Notes: generated by a model not told the origin, from the sequence alone. Shown: positions 26,401 to 39,504, counted from the first letter of the stretch. The stretch is DNA of 64,000 bases from Camelus ferus (GCF_009834535.1 NC_045697.1:101744001-101808000), one strand, 5' to 3'. Numbers and translations: made by a program.

Positions 26401-26681
26401 GGAGACTCCCAGCTGGTTGTACCCTTGGATGGGGTTTTCTTCATAAAAACAAATGTGTATTGAGGAAGAAGCTACCACTGAATTCTCACGGGGAGTAGCC
26501 TGGAATTTCCTCCCATTCGTAGACTTGAGCTCAGCGAGGTGAAGGCTCTGGGGAGGTGCTGGACACAGAGAGGCTGCTTCTTTGTTAGCATTTGGAAGAT
26601 TGGCTCCCCTGGGGCGTGGGGATACTATTCACCCTAGAAATGGGATTTTATTTCCCACGCAGGATATAAGATATATCCTGT

Positions 26682-26822
26682 GCAGGTCCAGGATCCATTA
26701 TTCAGAACGCTTGAGGCCAGATGCATTTCAGAATTTGGAATCTTTCAGATTTTTAAAAAGTTAATCTGGGGCATAAACTGTACAGCTCAGAGAAGCTGGG
26801 GTACCAGCCCATAATCAAACAG
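26682..26822. mobile_element. Tigger-family remnant (MER46C-like)
   Basis: 'gcttgaggccagatgcatttcagaatttggaatctttcagatttt...cccataatcaaaca' resembles the recalled consensus. Confidence 0.5.
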
Positions 26823-27549
26823 ACTCCATTTTTTCCTTCCGCCACCATTAAAGTATTGATCGCGTCTCCCCTTGTGGTGCCAAGATGGGTCCAACAACTA
26901 CAAGAATATTATTCTCATACAGTGACAAGCAAGAGCAGGGAGAGAAGGACATGGGTTTCTTATTATGGGAAAAAGTCTTTCCTAAAAGCCCCAAGGAGAA
27001 TTTTCCCAGATACTGCTGCCCAGAACTGGGTCTGAAACGTAATCTAAAACAAATTCCAGGCAAAAATGTATTCTCTGCATTTGGGAGGGATCTATGCCCC
27101 CTAAGCACACTGCTGACAGAGCTGAATAAAAGTTGGGGTGCTTTCTCAGGGAACGTGGACGGAGTAGCACTGGATAAGGCAAAGGACGGTGACTACCACC
27201 TAGACTGTATCAGAGCCAAGGCAGGGTCCGAATTCCTAGAAAAGGAACAGGAGCAACTGCCTAAATGGCCTCTGATTAACGTCTGAGCCATCTGTGATGC
27301 TAATCTATGTGCCTCCTTGAAGAAGAGCCCTAAGAAGCTCCTGAGGACACGGAAACTTAGACCTGTGACTCAAATACACAGACTAATTTTTATTGAAATA
27401 ACCAGAGGTAATTAGTGCCCTATCTTAGGACTTGAAATTAAGGTATGGTGCTTTACTTGTAACACTATAAGGGAAGTGGATGAAGGTAGAGAAAATGAGA
27501 ATAAGAAAATGGAAAATGAGGCAATAAAGAGACAAGCTATAGACCAGAC

Positions 27550-27737
27550 CAAGAGATCAGCAAAGTATGGCCCTTGGGGTAAATCTAGCCTGTTGCCCTG
27601 TTTTCAGAAATAAAGATTTATTGATACACAATCATGCTACAACAGTAGAGTTGAGGGACTGCAATGGAGACCATATGGCCTGCAAATACTAAACGTTTAG
27701 TATGTTGTCTTTTACAGAAAATAGTTAGTAATCCCTG
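27550..27737. mobile_element. MER58A hAT-Charlie element
   Basis: 'cagcaaagtatggccc...aaatctagcctg...aataaagatttattga...gagaccatatggcctgcaaa...ttttacagaaaa...ccctg'. Confidence 0.75.
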
Positions 27738-29030
27738 AGCTTGACCAACTCACCAAAGCAAGGTGATAAGAGAACAAATATAAGGTGACACTCTCCAATC
27801 TCAGGCTGGGGAAGAGTCCCAGAGGAGCTACCAGGGACCCCAATAGATGGGGCCACATGGCAACAGGGGATCTAGGTTAAATGTTCTAAAAGCTAGTCAC
27901 AAGGCCATAGGCATCCGGGAACTTGCACGGCCGTGGTCACAGGAAGAGGGAAATAGCCAGGGAAAGGCTGGATCCCAGAGCTCACCGCATGACTAAAGGA
28001 TTAAACAGATGACTCGGCCAGGAACTCACAATGAAAGCCAAAGTAGATACATGGTTCTTCCAAATGGGCTTATGAACAAGGCGGGAGAGGGGAGGTGTTT
28101 GTGTACATAAACTCAAAAGTCTGAAGGCAACAACCCCATAATTCAAGTAAGAACCCCACAGATGAGCAACTACAAACCAGGAATATGAGTGGGCAGCACA
28201 GATTTGTAACACAGAGCTCGATCTTCGATATTATACTTGCGATAAACCTACAAGAGAGCTGAATAGTCATCCTTCACTGGTTTGAGGGAAACCTGGGGCT
28301 ACTGAAATGACTCCTACCTGAAGTCAGAATTGTTCTGGGAAGCATCAGAACTGAGCCACGTGGAGAGAGCACAGCAGTTCATCTAAGTCACCAGGGGCAG
28401 GCAGTAGGGGCAGGGACAGCAGGCAGATGAATAAACCTAACGACTTCCACTGGGGGAAATGACTTCATACTGTGGATCTAGAATCACCACCCTCTACCTT
28501 AGATAGCACTAAAGAAAACTTAACTATTTTCAATTCTTTTTTTCCCCCAAGATTCCCTTTTATTTCTGTAAGTGCAAATACATCAGCTGCATCCTTCTTC
28601 CCCATTCTGTACTTTAATGATGTTGTTGAAACATGAGGCAAGACTGTATTTTAGGTTAATGTTTCCTGGTGGCAGCTGGAAAGGCACCTTAACATTAATA
28701 TTAAAAATACTTGGAAATTACACTGTGAGATGGGCTTCCCGTAGGCAGCGAATCCACCCGATAGTGTGAGAATTCTTACAGCTCTATCAAAGAGGGTGTG
28801 CCCTTCCAGGGGGCAGTGTCCTCGTCTCTTCCCGTTCTTCTGCACCCTGATCTCATAGGAAAGCTTCCCTAACCCTTAGAGATTTAGGTAAACTTGGTTT
28901 GAACTCTCAGAGTTATAGCTTGTATGAGTCCAGGGCCTCCCAACATTTTCTCAAGAATTCCTGGCCTTTGAACCTTCTGGTTCCCTCTAGCTCGGCTCCT
29001 CCGTCTGTTTCTGTAATCTGAGGGTCATCC

Positions 29031-29424
29031 TGTTATGGGTTGAATTACATCTCCCAAGAAAATGTGTTACAGCTCTACCCCTGGTACCTCAGAACGTGAC
29101 CTTATTTGGATATACGGTGTTTCCAGAGGCAGTCAAGGTGTAGTCACAAAGATGGGCCCTAATCCAATATGATGGTGTCCTTCTAAATGGGGGGAATTTG
29201 GATACAGGAACAGACAATCACAGAGGGGTGGAGAAGATGGAGAATGGCCACCTCCAAGACAAGGAATACCTAATGCTCCCAAAAGCTAGGACAGCTCCTT
29301 CCCCAGCACCTTCAGAGGGAGAACAGCCCTGCTGACACTTTCATTTTGGACCCCTGGCTGCCATAACCGTGACAATGTGCTTCAGCTGTTTTATGCTACC
29401 GAGTGTGTGGTACAATTTTGCAGC
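29031..29424 (+). mobile_element. MLT1 (MaLR) solo LTR, MLT1B-like
   Basis: TG...CA termini; 'tgttatgggttgaatt', 'gtgaccttatttgga', 'gggccctaatccaatatga', 'ccctgctgacact'. Confidence 0.8.
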
Positions 29425-30202
29425 GGCCCTCGGGAAGTAGTACACGTGCCCTCCAGGCCTGGGCTCAAAGCTCTGCCTCTTGCCTTGAAGCACCAACAAG
29501 TCTGCTCGTGCCAGGTCTCTCCCGGGTTTTCCACTTCAGGTTCCCCGTGTAACGGCGGGCCAGCCTGCACACCGCAGCCTCGGGCCCCCCACAGCCTCTC
29601 CCTCACACTGCACCGTCAGAGACACCTCACGCTACATGAAGCCGCCTGGGAGGTGTGGGCTGGCCCCTGGCCAGGCCCGTCTGCCTTCTCCACAGCTCCT
29701 GGAGTTCTAGAAAAGAAACCTTCTTCATATCATTTCACTATCATGAAGTGTAGTCCAGGGGCTTAGGGTGTCACTTAGATGTGCCCCTACAGGGCTCTGA
29801 CACTCTCAACACAGCAGAGCAGCAAGATCTAGGTTTACAGTTAAGAGGCAGAAAGAGAAGGACGTCTGGGGCCTTTCCTTTGACTCAGCATTGGCTTGAC
29901 CAGATCAAGGGGCTGGGCCTCAGCTTTCCTTACAATAAACTCTCGGCGTGACCAGGAAGGAACAATCGTGACACTGGATGGCTAATCCAAGGGCCCTACT
30001 AAATCTGGAGTGTGAGATATAATTGCCAAACATACTGAGATGCTCAGGTCACCTCTAAAGAAAATTTCTCTTTTTTTCCCTCTCTAAATAAAATGTATTG
30101 AGATAGGGCAAACCATGATATGATGTAGGTTAGTAATAAGTATCAAATCAGGGTCATTGCAGGTAGCACACCCTGGTCGTGGAGATCAAAATCATGAGCT
30201 CC

Positions 30203-30982
30203 CAAAAGCGAACCCTCCTACACTGTTGGTGGGAATGTAAATTGGTGCAGCCACTATGGGGGACAGCATGGAGGTTCCTTAAAAAACTAAAAATAGTGTT
30301 GCTACATCATCCAACAATTCCATTCCTGGGTATATATCCAAAAAACACTCTAATTCAAAAAGATACATGCACCCCAATGTTCATAGCACTATATACAATA
30401 GCCAAGACATGGAAACAACCTAACTGTCCATCGACAGATGACTAGATAAAGAAGTTGTGGTATGTATATACAATGGAACACTACTCGGCCATAATAAAGA
30501 ATGAAATAATGCCACTTGCAGCAACATGGATGGACATGGAGATTGTCATACTAAGTGAAGTAAGTCAGAGAAAGACAAATACAATATGATATCACGCACG
30601 TGTAAAACCTAAAAAGAAGACACAAATGAACTTATTTACAACACAGAAACAGACTCACAGACATAGAGAACAAACTTATGGTTACCTGTGGGGAAAGAGG
30701 GTGGGAAGGGATAAATCGGGAGTTTGGTATTTGGAGATACTAACTGCTATATATAAACTAGATAAACAGCAAGTTTATACTGTATAGCACAGGGAACTAT
30801 ATTCAATATCTTACAGTAGCCTCTAATGATAAAGAATATGAAAAGGAATATATGTATGTCTATGTATGACCGAAACATTATGCTGTGCACCAGAAACTGA
30901 CACAACATGTAAATGGACTATACTTCAATAAACTGAATACATGATCCAAAGAAAGAAAACAAAAAAACAAAAAAGAACAAGT
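30203..30982 (+). mobile_element. 5'-truncated L1 (ORF2 C-terminus plus 3' UTR, poly-A) inserted in a MIR
   Basis: ORF 30179-30445 reads [13 protein letters not shown]...LGIYPK...WKQPNCPS (L1 ORF2 C-terminus). A-rich tail; TSD core ATGAGCTCC at 30194-30202 and 30983-30991. The MIR resumes at ~30992-31170. Confidence 0.92.
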
Positions 30983-31254
30983 ATGAGCTCCAGAGGCAGA
31001 CAGACCGGGTTGGAATCATCACTCTAGCACTTACTGGGTGTATAACATTGGACACGTTCCACAGCCTCGGTTTCATCATCTGTAAAATGAAAATAATAAT
31101 GCTTAAGTCATGGGATTATTATAAGAATTATATGAGCTAATCATGTCAAGGTTTCAGCATAGTGCCTGATTAATCCTCCTAGACATTGTTACCCATTTAA
31201 AAGGGCCATCTCCCCAGGCTAAGTGGTTGTGGGTTGGGGGGGTGGCTAGCTGTT

Positions 31255-31700
31255 GTCAGGAGTTGTATTTGGTTGTTGACAACAGGAACTTGGAATTATG
31301 ATATAAACAAAACAGAAGATATATTCTCTCACTCTCCCCACCCCCCCCCGCCCCTCCCTCTCCAAGAAACAGTGGGTGGCCCAGGGCAAGCATGGCAGTT
31401 CATAGTCATCAGGAACTCAGGCTCCTTACTCCTCTCCTCTGCTCGGTCCTCCTTATTATGTTGTTCCCTTCCTCAAGGTCACTTCACAGTACAAGAGGGA
31501 GCCCAGCCATTACGCCAGCATCAGAGGCAGCTGTCTGTCTCCTTTAAGGAACCTTTTCAGAGTCAACTAACGACTTCTGTTCCCACTTCATTAGCCAGAA
31601 CGTAGTCGGATGGCCGCACCTAGCTGCAGAGCGGGCCGGGAAAGGTAGTTTCGCAGCTGGGCCCCTTGCTTTTCCAAATACAATTAGAATTCTCTTTGAG
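31255..31700. mobile_element. Old MaLR LTR (MLT1J-like)
   Basis: 'tcattagccagaacgtagtcggatggccgcacctagctgcaga...gggaaaggtagt' resembles MLT1J-type consensus. Confidence 0.55.
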
Positions 31701-32751
31701 GATGTAAAGAGAATGGATTTCGATAAGCAGCTCTGGTCTCTGGAACAAGAACTCCTGTTCTTCTCCAATTTAATCTTCACACAGGCTTAGAGTTGGAAAG
31801 GACCTGGGGCTCTGAGGTCCACAGAGAAAGAAGGGTCTCTCAGAGAGGCCAAGAGAGTGCTGAATCCAGGAGACTGGCCAGGATCACCTTGGTCTAACAA
31901 CCAAGGCTATTTCTAGAGACAGAAGGGGACGAGCTCTTAGGCGAAATGAAGGCCCTCATCGTTTTAGGGACTAGAGACTTGAATGAGTCTCAGGATCACT
32001 GCCCATTATAGAATGGTGCTTTTTCAATCCCTGAAAGACAGATAATGTAAAAATAACCCTGGACACAGAAACCTGGGTCTAAGGTCTGGCTCTATTGCTC
32101 CCTCGGTGTGGGGCTTTGAATAAGTCACTCTCCTCCTGGAGAGAGAAGCAGGGAAAGGAAGCTACATGCATAGAGTGTCTATTATAAAAAAACTTAATAC
32201 TCCATATCATTCTGTCCTAACCATGGTGGTGCAGATGTGCTTAACTCAGGGTACAGGAGAATCAACTGAGGATCAGAGAAGGTCTAAAATTCCTCAGTTA
32301 GTCTAGACCCTTAGGGAGACCTCTGGCCCCAACACTCCAGCCATATGGAAACCTCTGCAGTTCTTCAAATGTTCCACCCCAGCTCTCCTCCTCACCTTTG
32401 CATGTACCATCCCCCCTACTTGGGACACTTTTCCACCTCTTCATCTAGTGAGCCCCACCTCATCCTCCAAATCTCAACTGAAAATTCCATTCTCTCAACG
32501 AGGCTGTTCCCCAAACCAGACTAGGTTATGTTTCCTGGCTACACTTCTTCCTTCCTTGACTACTTCTCTTGTCATAGTGCTTACCACTGGAAATGTTTTG
32601 TTTAATGACTGCCTCCCTCACTGGAACAGGAACCAACTCCTCTTTACTGCTGTGGTCCTCACTTCCAACAAAAAGCCCAGCCTATCCCAGGCACCTGAGA
32701 AACATTTATAAGAATGCGTGAACTGTTGAATTTGATGGCAGAAGTCTTTAT

Positions 32752-32791
32752 TTATTGACATTATTGATTGATTGATTGATTGATTGAAGTC

Positions 32792-32836
<45 letters not shown>

Positions 32837-32838
32837 TT
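32752..32838. repeat. Compound (TTGA)n / (TCTA)n microsatellite
   Basis: About 6 ATTG units followed by about 11 CTAT units, seen directly. Confidence 0.95.
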
Positions 32839-34071
32839 ATTTTCCATTTTAGAAAGTACTGTTCCACATTTTAAAACTGTCCTCCTTACCTGGGATTCAA
32901 GGCTCTTCAGAATCTTTCCAGCCTTCTTTATCAATAGAACCTATTCTCACCTTCCTGCATCTGGGCCGTGAGGATAATTATCCTCTCCATCTGGGACGTG
33001 AGATTCTGGCCTCTTATCTGCCCAAAACCTAACCACCCATCAAAGCCCAGCTTAGATTCAGCCTCCTCCATGGAGCCCACTCTGCCTCTAGTTAACACGA
33101 ATTTCTCCCTTCCCTGAACACTTCTCAGAGCCCTAAAAGCCTGTACTGGTAATTTTGCGCGTGGTGTTCATGGCCTTCTTGTTTTACAGTTGCATTTTTC
33201 AAGCATTCACCACTATTTTCTCCTGGGTTTTCCTACTTACTTCCTTTCCATGCATCATCTAAGCACATCTGAGCTCTGGTCACAGGGAAGGAAGCAGGAA
33301 AAAAAGAAATTTCTGTGTCTTATGTCCCATCAGTGAAATTTCCAGAGTGATTTTAAAAATGAGATCCGAGAGAGGAAGAAACTAACAAAAGATTCCCCTG
33401 AGCTTAGGGGAGAGGAGTAAGGAAGGCAAGGTGCTAAGCCAAGAGACAGCAGTGGATCCCAAGGTGTTTCTCCACCTGTTTTAGAGCAGAAGCCTTGCAG
33501 GGGGCGTGGTGGGGTGAGACCTCTGAGAGGTGTGGAACCTGAAAGCAACAGGCACCTGCAGGATGCTTACTGGACAGAGCTCCAGGGAGACTTAAGACCC
33601 CAGAGGAGCTCTCTGCACGGTATCTGAGCAGATCAAGACCCGAACATCACAAATACTCTTAACCTCAGCTTGGCAAGAAGGAAATCGAATAATTCCTCAG
33701 CCTTCCAGGGATAGCATGAGAGTATAAAAGAGATTTACAGGACCTAAAGGGACCAGGCAGAACTTTTAGAAATGAAGGACATCTTAGTGGCAATCTCTAT
33801 GCAAAAGCAACTAGACTGGAGGATGCCGCATGGACAAGCCATTCAAGGACCAGAGGGACCCTTTCCCAATACCTTGGCACTAGCTATACCTTCTAAAGTT
33901 TAGACGACTTGGAGATTCACCCTACTAGATCATAAGCTTCTTGATGGCAGAGCTATCATAAAACTTCATAAAATTTCTTTTTAGTATCTCTTCACTCACT
34001 GGTGTCTCTTACAAGAAAGGTAAATGAGTACGTGGATAAATCGTGTTCCCTAGAAGAAAATTCCTGTTCTT

Positions 34072-34422
34072 TTTTTCCCCCTATTTTTTTAAATTGAAGT
34101 ACAGTCGATTTATAATGTTCTGTTAATTTCTGATACACAGCATAGTGATTCAGTTATACATATATGGATATTCCTTTTCATATTCTTTCCCATTACAGGC
34201 AATTACAAGTTATTGAATATAGTCCCCTGTGCTATATATAGTAGGACCTTGTTGTTTATCCAGTTTCATGATGATTTTCCTTGTAGTTCCACTTGTACAA
34301 GAGCCACTGAATTTCAGTATGTATTCTGTGAGAACTGTCCCACCGGTAGGTGTATTTTTGATGTATCTGCGGGAAAGGGTGAGCTCCACATCCTTCTATT
34401 CCACCATCCTGAAGGCCCTCCC
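34072..34422 (-). mobile_element. Internally deleted, probably spliced, L1: 5' end fused to 3' UTR
   Basis: Minus strand starts GGGAGGGCCTTCAGGATGGTGGAATAGAAGGATGTGGAGCTCACC (L1 5'-terminus-like) and joins the L1 3' UTR at 34260/34259. 17-bp TSD with 15/17 identity at 34055-34071 and 34423-34439. Confidence 0.8.
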
Positions 34423-35625
34423 AGGAAATTCCTATTCTTAAACTGGAGTCTCAAAGAGATACATTCCTCTAAGCCCACCAACGATACTCAGAAGTCCAGG
34501 TTACTGCGCATGGAAGAGAGGAACTCGGGAAAAAAATCTACATTATCCTACTGCAGAGATAAAGGGATGTCAGCACTGAGAAGTCCCACGGCTTGCTCTA
34601 TGAGCAGGGGCTGGTGAAGAGGGATCTGGGGCCACCTCATCACAGTTGTGTCTTCGTTACGGACCACTGAGGCCATGGAGCTCTTTGCAGCGATGACCAT
34701 CTCAGGTAGACCTCAGAACTCCTACTTCTCTTACAGGCACTAGAGGAAGGGATTAAGTGTCTTCATCAAATGTTCTCTGTCTTTCTATCCTGTTGTCAAT
34801 GTGTAAGTTTCTATCAATTGACTGAAACCTTTTACTTACATATCTAAGTGCAGGGATAAAAGAAAAGAGAAAAAATAAAGAAGGATCTTTGTTGGAAATA
34901 CATTAGTGCTTACATTTAAATGACCTTAGTGAAAATGTTTAAAGGAAATCCTGAGAAAGTATGAGCAGGTTGTAAGTTTCATACTCCACTACAATATTTG
35001 TGAAATAATTGCATGAAAATTCTTAAGGTATGAAATAAGAGAATAAAACATTGACTAGAAGGCAGTGCCATTATTGGAAATCACGACTAGTGTCCAGATT
35101 TTAAACATCTTAACTTCATTTTTATTGACTCAACATGGCTCACAATTACAGTAAGATAATAACCATGGTTTTTGTTTTGGCCTTTGCTCATTGCCAGTGT
35201 CAACTTTTTGTCATGCAACTAACAATCTGAAGATCATTAAGCCCTTATCCAGGAATTCAGGGATGTAACCATTTCCAGATAAATATGTCATTGTTTTTCA
35301 TTGAGGAAATCTCTGGACGTCACATTCTCATAAAAAGAAAGAAAAGAAAAGAGAACATATAATGAAATTTGTGGCTAAATCATTAGTTATAATTTGTGCA
35401 AAAGAATTTTTTACAATGAACATAGGTAGACATTGGTTTCTGGAAACCATACTTTTTAAACCAGGGGGGTTTGGAAGTCAGAGGCAAAAGCACTGACTGT
35501 GTAAGTATCCCCTATCCCAGCAAAACACAATTGGGGTCTCCTGTGCTTGCACCCGGGCTTCTAGTTGCTATGTAGATTTGGCATCTCCTTTACTCTCATG
35601 CTTCCTGAACTTGGCTCTTTGTAGA

Positions 35626-36363
35626 CTTTTTAAAATACATATTTTTATTGAAATATAGTCAGTTTACAATGCTGTGTCAATTTCTGGTGTACAGCACAAT
35701 ATTTCAGTCATATAGGAACATACATATATATTCGTTTTCATATTCTCTTTCACCATAAGTTACTACAAGATATTGAATATAGTTCCCTGTGCTACACAGT
35801 ATAAACTTATTTACCTATTTTTTATATATTAGTTAGTATCTGCAAATCTCAAACTCCTAATTTATCCCTTCCCGCTCCTTCCCTCCCAGTAACCATAAGT
35901 TTCTTTTCTACGTCTGTGAGTCTCTGTTTGTAAATTAGTTTGTCTGTCTTTTTTTTTTTTTTTTTGATTCCACATATAAGTGATATTATACGGTATTTTT
36001 CTTTCTCTTTCTGGCTTACTTCACTTAGAATGATGATCTCCAGGTCCATCCATGTTGCTGCAAATGGCATTATTTTATTAATTTTTATGGCTGAGTAGTA
36101 TTCCACTGTGTAAATATACCACGACTTCTTTATCCAGTCATCTGTCGATGGACATTTAGGTTGTTTCCACACCTTGGCTATTGTAAACAGTGCCACTATG
36201 AATATTAGGGTGCAGGTGTCTTTTTGAATTAAGGTTCCCTCTGGATATATGCCCAGGAGTAGGACTGCTGGATCATATGGTAAGTCTATTTTTAGTTTTT
36301 TGAGGGCTCTCCATACTGTTTTCCATAATGGCTGCACCAAACTACATTCCCACCAGCAGTGTA
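35626..36363 (-). mobile_element. 5'-truncated young L1 with open ORF2 C-terminus
   Basis: ORF 35849-36340: VQPLWKTVW...[14 protein letters not shown]...[15 protein letters not shown]...EYYSAIK...MPFAATWMDLE. TSD GGCTCTTTGTAGA at 35613-35625 and 36364-36376. Confidence 0.95.
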
Positions 36364-36869
36364 GGCTCTTTGTAGATTTATCAGTTTCGCAGTACCCAGG
36401 TCTTCAGTGGCTTTGTCTATGGTGCTGCCTGGATCAGCATTTTCATCAAGCAACTTGGAGGAAGGCGGAGGTAAAGGAGAGGGCGGCTCCCTGGTGATCA
36501 AGTCAGTGATGCCAGTGAAGTAGCAAAGGTCATTCACTCTTGTAGTAGACAAGAGCAGTTCTCGGCTGAGTCCTCTATCAGGATAACTGGGTTTTCCAAC
36601 CTGCCCTCTTGTCTCACTGAAATTTGTATCTGCAATTGTCCCGAGTACCAATTATTCCATTTGGTTTGTGATTCAGCTTTGTCCCTGGCTACAGATTTCT
36701 GAAACCCCCTACAACTCATCTCAGTGCCTCTCACAAGAATATCTGCTCTCTGACTATAGTCCTGCCTTCTAGATATTGGTGAACATCTGATACTCAACTG
36801 AGACTCCAGTCACTGACTGAGTATCCCCCCAGACTGGATTTCAGACAAGTCTAATCATGCTAAGGTACA

Positions 36870-37360
36870 ATATAGCAAAGTTTTCAAATCTGTAGATGTC
36901 ACGAAGCCAGGAGAGATGGCGAATGTGATGGATACTTTTAAAAGCTCTGAGAGCTTGGGAGCCTGGTTCAAGAGGAACAAAATGAGATTTTAACAGCCAT
37001 GCATTTGAGTTCCAAATACCATCTCATAAATATAGATGGTGGAAAAAATGGCTGGACTATTTTAGGTGAAAAGACTGGGGTGATTTTGTTGATCACAAGC
37101 TCAGTGTGATGTGACTTAGCTGCTCTAAAAGCTAATCCTCTTGTGGGCTGCATTAATAGGATTGTGTCCAAATCACACAAGGCAATAATCTCCACAGACT
37201 CACCTTCAACTGGTCAGGCAACAGCTGACTACTCCGTTGTGACCTCCATTCTACAAGGGGGTTATTAACAACCACAGACAGTTTCTGGGGAAGCAGACCA
37301 GGATGGCGAGATCGGGGCTTTCCACTGCACAGGGAATTGTTGGGCCAACTGTTTATCCTG
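36870..37360 (+). mobile_element. CR1/L3 LINE reverse-transcriptase C-terminal remnant
   Basis: Frameshifted translation gives K-S-V-D-V-T-K-P-G (from KFADDTKLG), NKMRF, DFVDHKLSV, CDLAALKANPLVGCINRI, LVRQQL, which is the CR1 ORF2 motif series. Confidence 0.8.
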
Positions 37361-37364
37361 AGTG

Positions 37365-37950
37365 GCTCTATATCAATTAAAACTCCTTTGGTTCAACAGA
37401 AAGCTCGGCTAGCTTAGGCAAGAGGGGTCAGGAACTGTAATGATATAGACAAGGCTGCCATTCCGATGAGATGCATAGGTATGGCTGAACGAGTTGTTTA
37501 TCTCTCGCATCTGCTCTGATTCATTGGTTCCCATAGAGTACTGGCTTTAAATATTTTGAATATCACCCCTGGAAACAGGAGTGCCTCATAGAATCTAAGG
37601 CTAGGAATACAGCTGAGCTTTAGGAAGGGCTAGAGCCAGGAAATGGAATGTCACTGGGAAGGCTGGCAGTATCAGCTCTCTGCTCCTCCCCTCTGGGGCG
37701 TCTTCTTTGTCTGTACAAGACAGCTTTCTCCAATCCCTCATCCACTTGCCAGAAACTGGCTTTCTCTTGATCTCAGCTCCAAGTTCCCAACAAAACTTGG
37801 CTTGGCATGGGTCAAGTGTCTACCCCACCCCTATCAAGTGCAGCCAAATGGATGAAGGACATTAGACAAACATGGCTGCTAGAAACCCACCCCTATGGAA
37901 TGGGATGGGATCATAAATGAGATCATTCTGTGGCAGGCTAATACCCTAAA
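37365..37950. mobile_element. Old MaLR LTR (MLT1K/L-like), possibly with a hAT (MER63-like) insert at ~37450-37572
   Basis: 'ctcctttggttcaacagaaa...ctagcttaggcaagagggg' and 'acaaacatggctgc'. The insert ends 'taaatattttgaatatcacccctg'. Confidence 0.45.
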
Positions 37951-38783
37951 AGTTTTGTATCACTTTCTTAATTTCCTTTGAATTTCTTATGATTAAGCCC
38001 CTTTGAAAACTTGGAGAAACATATTTTCCTCTATACAGAAACACACATGATTTTTTTTTATGCTTTCAAGAGATTCCTAGAATCTTGGAATATATCCATG
38101 AATTACAAAATAAGTTACCCTGGCCTAGAGATGAAATACTTAAGGGAGAAAATATGACTATCTTCCTCCAAATAGCTGAAGAATTGTTGGGAAAAAGGAT
38201 TAAAATATGTAAACATATGCACAGTAAAAAGATTTGAATACTATATAAAAATGAAAATGTGGTTCCCTTTGGAGGTAGTGTAATGGGTGATTCTTTTGTG
38301 TGTATTTCCCAATTATCCTACCAGGAACATATATAGTCAGTTTTATAATCAGATAAATAATTTTTTAAAAAGGAAAGTAATTAAAATGTAAAATGCTTCA
38401 GAGTTTAGAATAGTGGATAAAATTTGATAAGAACACAGATTTTGACTAAATGGCACTGGCTGCCTTAAGAGTAATCACAATGTCCTTGAATCTATCTTGC
38501 CTTCCTATATCTCTTCTCGAAACAGAAGCCCGTTGCGTTAAAACATAAGTCAGAGTATGTCTCTCTGCTCAGAAACCAGCAATGGCTCCCCAGGCCACTC
38601 AAAGCAAGAGCCCAAATCCCAGCATTTGCCTGTAAGGCTCCATATGACCTGGCCCCTGTGGTGCCCCCACCTCATCTCCTACAACTGCTCCTCCAGCTCA
38701 TTCTGATTCCTCCATTCCTTAAATTTCATCACCCCCTTAAGTCTCTGCAAACTGTATGTTCTCAGTGAGGCCCACTCTGTTTT

Positions 38784-39220
38784 TTATTTCTTTTAAATTA
38801 AATTAAAATTTTTTATTGAAGTATAGTCAATGTAGAATGTTGTGTTAATTTCTGGTGTACAGCACAGTGACTCAGTTGATACACTTATATTCCTTTACAT
38901 ATTCTTTTTCATTGTAGGCCATTACAAGGTATTGAATATGGTTCCCAGTGCTATAATGGCTATAATGTAGGGCCATGTTCTTTATCTATTTTATATACAG
39001 TAGTTAGTGTTTTTAAATCCCGTACTCCCAATTTATCCCTCCCCATCCTCTTTCCCCCAGTAACCATAAGTTTGTTTTCTGTGTCTGTGAGTCTGTCTCT
39101 GTTTTGTAAGTAAGTTTATTTGTGTGTTTTTTTTCCTTTTTTTTTTAGATTCCACATACAGGTGATATCATATGGTATTTTTCTGGCTTACTTCAGTCAG
39201 TATGAAGATCTCCAGGTCCA
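38784..39220 (-). mobile_element. 5'-truncated L1 with 13-bp TSD
   Basis: TSD CCCACTCTGTTTT at 38771-38783 and 39221-39233, with a TTTT/AA site. Confidence 0.9.
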
Positions 39221-39295
39221 CCCACTCTGTTTTAAATTGCATATCCCATCACCTACTGTTACTCTCCATGGCCCTTACCCTACTCACTTTCTTTT

Positions 39296-39504
39296 AAAAA
39301 AAATTAATTAATCTATTTTTAATTGAAGTATGGTTGATTTACAATTTTGTGTTAGTTTCAGGTGTACAGCATAGTGATTCAGATGTATATATTCTTTTTC
39401 AGGTTCTCTTCCATTATAGGTTATTGTAAGATACTGAAGATGTGGTGTGTGTGTATGTATATATACATACACACACACACACGCACACATACAAACACAA
39501 TAGA
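39296..39504 (-). mobile_element. Short L1 with probable 5' inversion and internal microsatellite
   Basis: TSD CCTACTCACTTTCTTTT at 39279-39295 and 39505-39521. Confidence 0.8.

Noticed and set aside
26885..27286. 133-aa ATG-initiated ORF with plausible composition
   Set aside because: No recognisable homology, promoter or exon context; the length is compatible with chance in 64 kb.
35849..36340. 163-aa ORF (also 30179-30445, 20713-21180) as host genes
   Set aside because: These are sense or antisense translations of 5'-truncated L1 ORF2 ends.
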